Assembly: GCA_001179505.1 (NCBI GenBank)
Contig: CDMY01000618.1
Coordinates: 1 to 41,921 of the forward strand
Source of the DNA: Vitrella brassicaformis CCMP3155
Taxonomy: Eukaryota; Protista; Chromerida
Reading direction: 5' to 3'
Length of the DNA stretch: 41,921 bases
The notes below the pieces were generated by a model, which was given only the letters and a program-made list of their open reading frames with translations, was not told the DNA's origin and ran no database searches. Made by a program: the position numbers and the translations under genes. Below, piece by piece: positions 39,623 through 41,921 of the stretch; position 1 is the stretch's first letter, and each line of letters starts with the position of its first letter.

Positions 39623-40727
39623 ATGGGCAGTAGCTACTCCAGCCGTGTGAGGCCTGCGCCGCCCCGAGGGGACTCCCACACCCTCTACCGAGAGGCCGGG
39701 GACCGTGAGGTGGCCACCACTGCCCTCAACGACCTCGGCTACATCCTATTCGACTATTGGGGTCGGCGCAAGGCGTTTAAGGCTGCCAAGAGGGAGGAGG
39801 CCCGCGAGCGCGTCAGGGAGATCCCCGTCAGCTGCGCCGAGGTGGATGTGGAGGACGGCTGGTGCGCTTTGGGCCACAATACGATGTAAGCTGGACGAAG
39901 TGCTGCTCTGCATGCATCGACCATTTATCCATGGCTCTTCTGTCATCCCTGTTTCTCCATCTGCATGTGTCTCTTATGCAGTGCTCAGGGCAGCACTGGT
40001 CCGTCCGACAACACCACCGACGCGCAGCACAACGGGGATACCACCGACACGCCGCGGCCTCCCCCACAAGATGACTGGGTCATCATCTCACCAACCGACC
40101 CAGCAGCCCCAGGCGGCCACCGCCACCGAAGAGGCGGGCGAGACGGAAGATGCCGGGGCACAGCAGGCGGGGGAGGAAGATGATAAGGGAGAGGAGGAGG
40201 GAGATGATAAGGGAGAGGAGGAAGAGACCGCCCCACACTACGACAGCCCACCCAAGACCGAGGGGGCCGAGGGAGAGGGGGAAGGAGCGGCCGACACAGT
40301 CGATAACACCAAGGCCGCACAGCAAGGCGAGGAGGCCGCCGTCAAGGGAGGGAGTGGAGGAGAGGAGGACAACGGCCAGGGCGCCACCAGTGGGGAGGAG
40401 GGAGGGGCCAGCGGGGGAGGAGGAGAGGACCAGATCGTCGACTACGATCCGGTTGGGGATGCCATGCGTTTGTGGGGCCCCCCGCCGAAGGACGAGATGG
40501 TCTTCGACTTCGACCTCGCCGGGAAGTACTTCGACAGCAAGCCATACTACTACGACATGGAGGTGTACCCCCACTACCCCCCCGAGTGGATCCTCCCCGA
40601 CCCAACCACATGGGTCCGCACCAAGGCGTCCCACCACACCATCGCCATGTGGGCAAACGAGGAGCGGCGCGAGAAGGCCCGCAAGATGCTCGCTGGCCTG
40701 TGGCGGGTGCCGGAGGGGGCGGTGTGA
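39623..40727 (+). CDS. Hypothetical acidic low-complexity protein with possible N-myristoylation (MGSSYS); frameshift near 40095 or alternative acceptor
   Basis: Exon 39623-39885, intron from 39886 (GTAAG), exon 2 from 39982 or 39989. Glu/Gly-rich region then FDFDLAGKYFDSKPYYYDMEVYPHYPPEW; TGA 40725-40727. Upstream in-frame ATG at 39476 also possible. Confidence 0.6.
40179..40226 (+). repeat. About 24-bp coding tandem repeat (DDKGEEEG / DDKGEEEE)
   Basis: gatgataagggagaggagga occurs twice, 24 bp apart. Confidence 0.85.
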
Positions 40728-41921
40728 GGGAACTAAAGGTGGGAGGCCGATTGATACAGCGGCCTGGTGGCGGGTGGAGGCGGTGGTGCGGGGTGTGGTG
40801 TGTGTGATGGCGGCGGGCGGTCAGTGGGCGGTGAGTCGGTGGGCGGCTTGTCGTGTTGTTTGTGTTGCATTGTGTATGGTTCGTGTGGTGACTCGTGCGT
40901 GGTGACTCTCATCTTTGACTGTCGGTGCTATTTTTCGTCTGATTGGCCAACCCGTGACGGCCGGGAAGAATTGACATCAAACGTCTCACAACACACACAC
41001 ACGCATCACACACACAGACAGACAGACAGACCCACACACATCACACCGGACAGACAGACAGACAGACAACCCAGGTTACATACACGCAACTCAGAAGGAA
41101 AACCCACAGACTCACCCACGCACTCACAGACGCATGGATGTCAGCTGCCCTGCCATTTGACCAGCCCATGACATGACACACTGCCGCCTGCCACGTCAAT
41201 CGATCGGCCAGCGCCTCACATGACTTATCGCCCCTCCGACGCCACGGCCAGCACACCGCACCTCACACCCATGCGGCCCACTCGGTGCAACAGACAGACA
41301 GACAGGCAAACAGAGGCTGCCCCGCATGAGCACTTGTGTCGTCTGCTGCTCTTGCCTGTGCGTTTGTTGAGCACCTCACCTGTCAGCCGGGGACTCAACA
41401 GGCCACGGCCATCTAACCGCTCAGGCCACACCAACAGCAGCCACTGCCTGCACACACCAAGACACACACACCGACCCGCGGCCTTTGTTTTCTGCTTATC
41501 TGCTCGCTTTGTGACGTCCATTGAAGTAACAATGACCCTCCAAAACCATTGACAGGCCCGCAAAAGCCACTCGAGTACTTTCCACCGACGGAGGATCGAC
41601 TTGAGGCGCATCTGCCCCTGTTTGCTGTTTTCTCCGCTCTGCGCACCGCTTGAGCTTCCCACTGCCTGACGTGAGCAAAACATCCATCAGAAATGGCACT
41701 TGAATCCCTCTTTCAATGTGTGCCTCTCCGTTCTGGGTGTGCACCGATAACCAACCAGGCAGACAAGCGTACACGGCGGCTGGAGGCACACCGGCATGTT
41801 TCACCGACACCAAGGCACTGACGGATGACTCATGATACGGAGAGCAAGCCATTTCCGTCGTGGCTCTCAGCGGCCAAGTAAGCCACACGCAGAGAGGGAG
41901 GGGCGGACTACGGGGGGGGGG

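Noticed and set aside
41225-41921. Possible 3' fragment of a minus-strand gene (ORFs 41496-41888, 41225-41683; exon-like segment near 41380-41450)
   Set aside because: Splice-like signals exist, but no recognisable domain or consistent frame could be built; the window ends here.

Overview
Intron-rich, GC-rich eukaryotic nuclear DNA with short (about 55-140 nt) introns full of (GT)n/(TGGA)n/(GTCT)n microsatellites. The style and gene content suggest a chromerid alveolate such as Vitrella brassicaformis (inference, no search run). Hand-splicing gives 12 genes: a PAN/Apple x3 multipass membrane protein (+), tomosyn/Lgl-like (+), DHHC palmitoyltransferase (-), a 300-N gap, FYVE/coiled-coil/CaaX protein (-), an unknown protein with a duplicated last exon (+), PHT1/PHO84-like transporter (-), DDX51/DBP6 helicase (+), SLC17/PHT4-like transporter (-), secreted Apple-Apple-GH10 xylanase (+), MND1 with an in-frame TAG (-), a multi-TM-PH-PX-PX protein (-), and an acidic unknown protein with a frameshift or alternative acceptor (+). 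Most notable: the Apple-GH10 fusion, the nonsense codon at a conserved MND1 aromatic position, a 4-nt microexon needed to complete the FYVE finger, and a phosphate transporter that keeps substrate residues but appears to lack proton-relay acids. No RNA genes, CRISPR arrays or mobile elements were recognised. All gene models are manual and lack transcript support.
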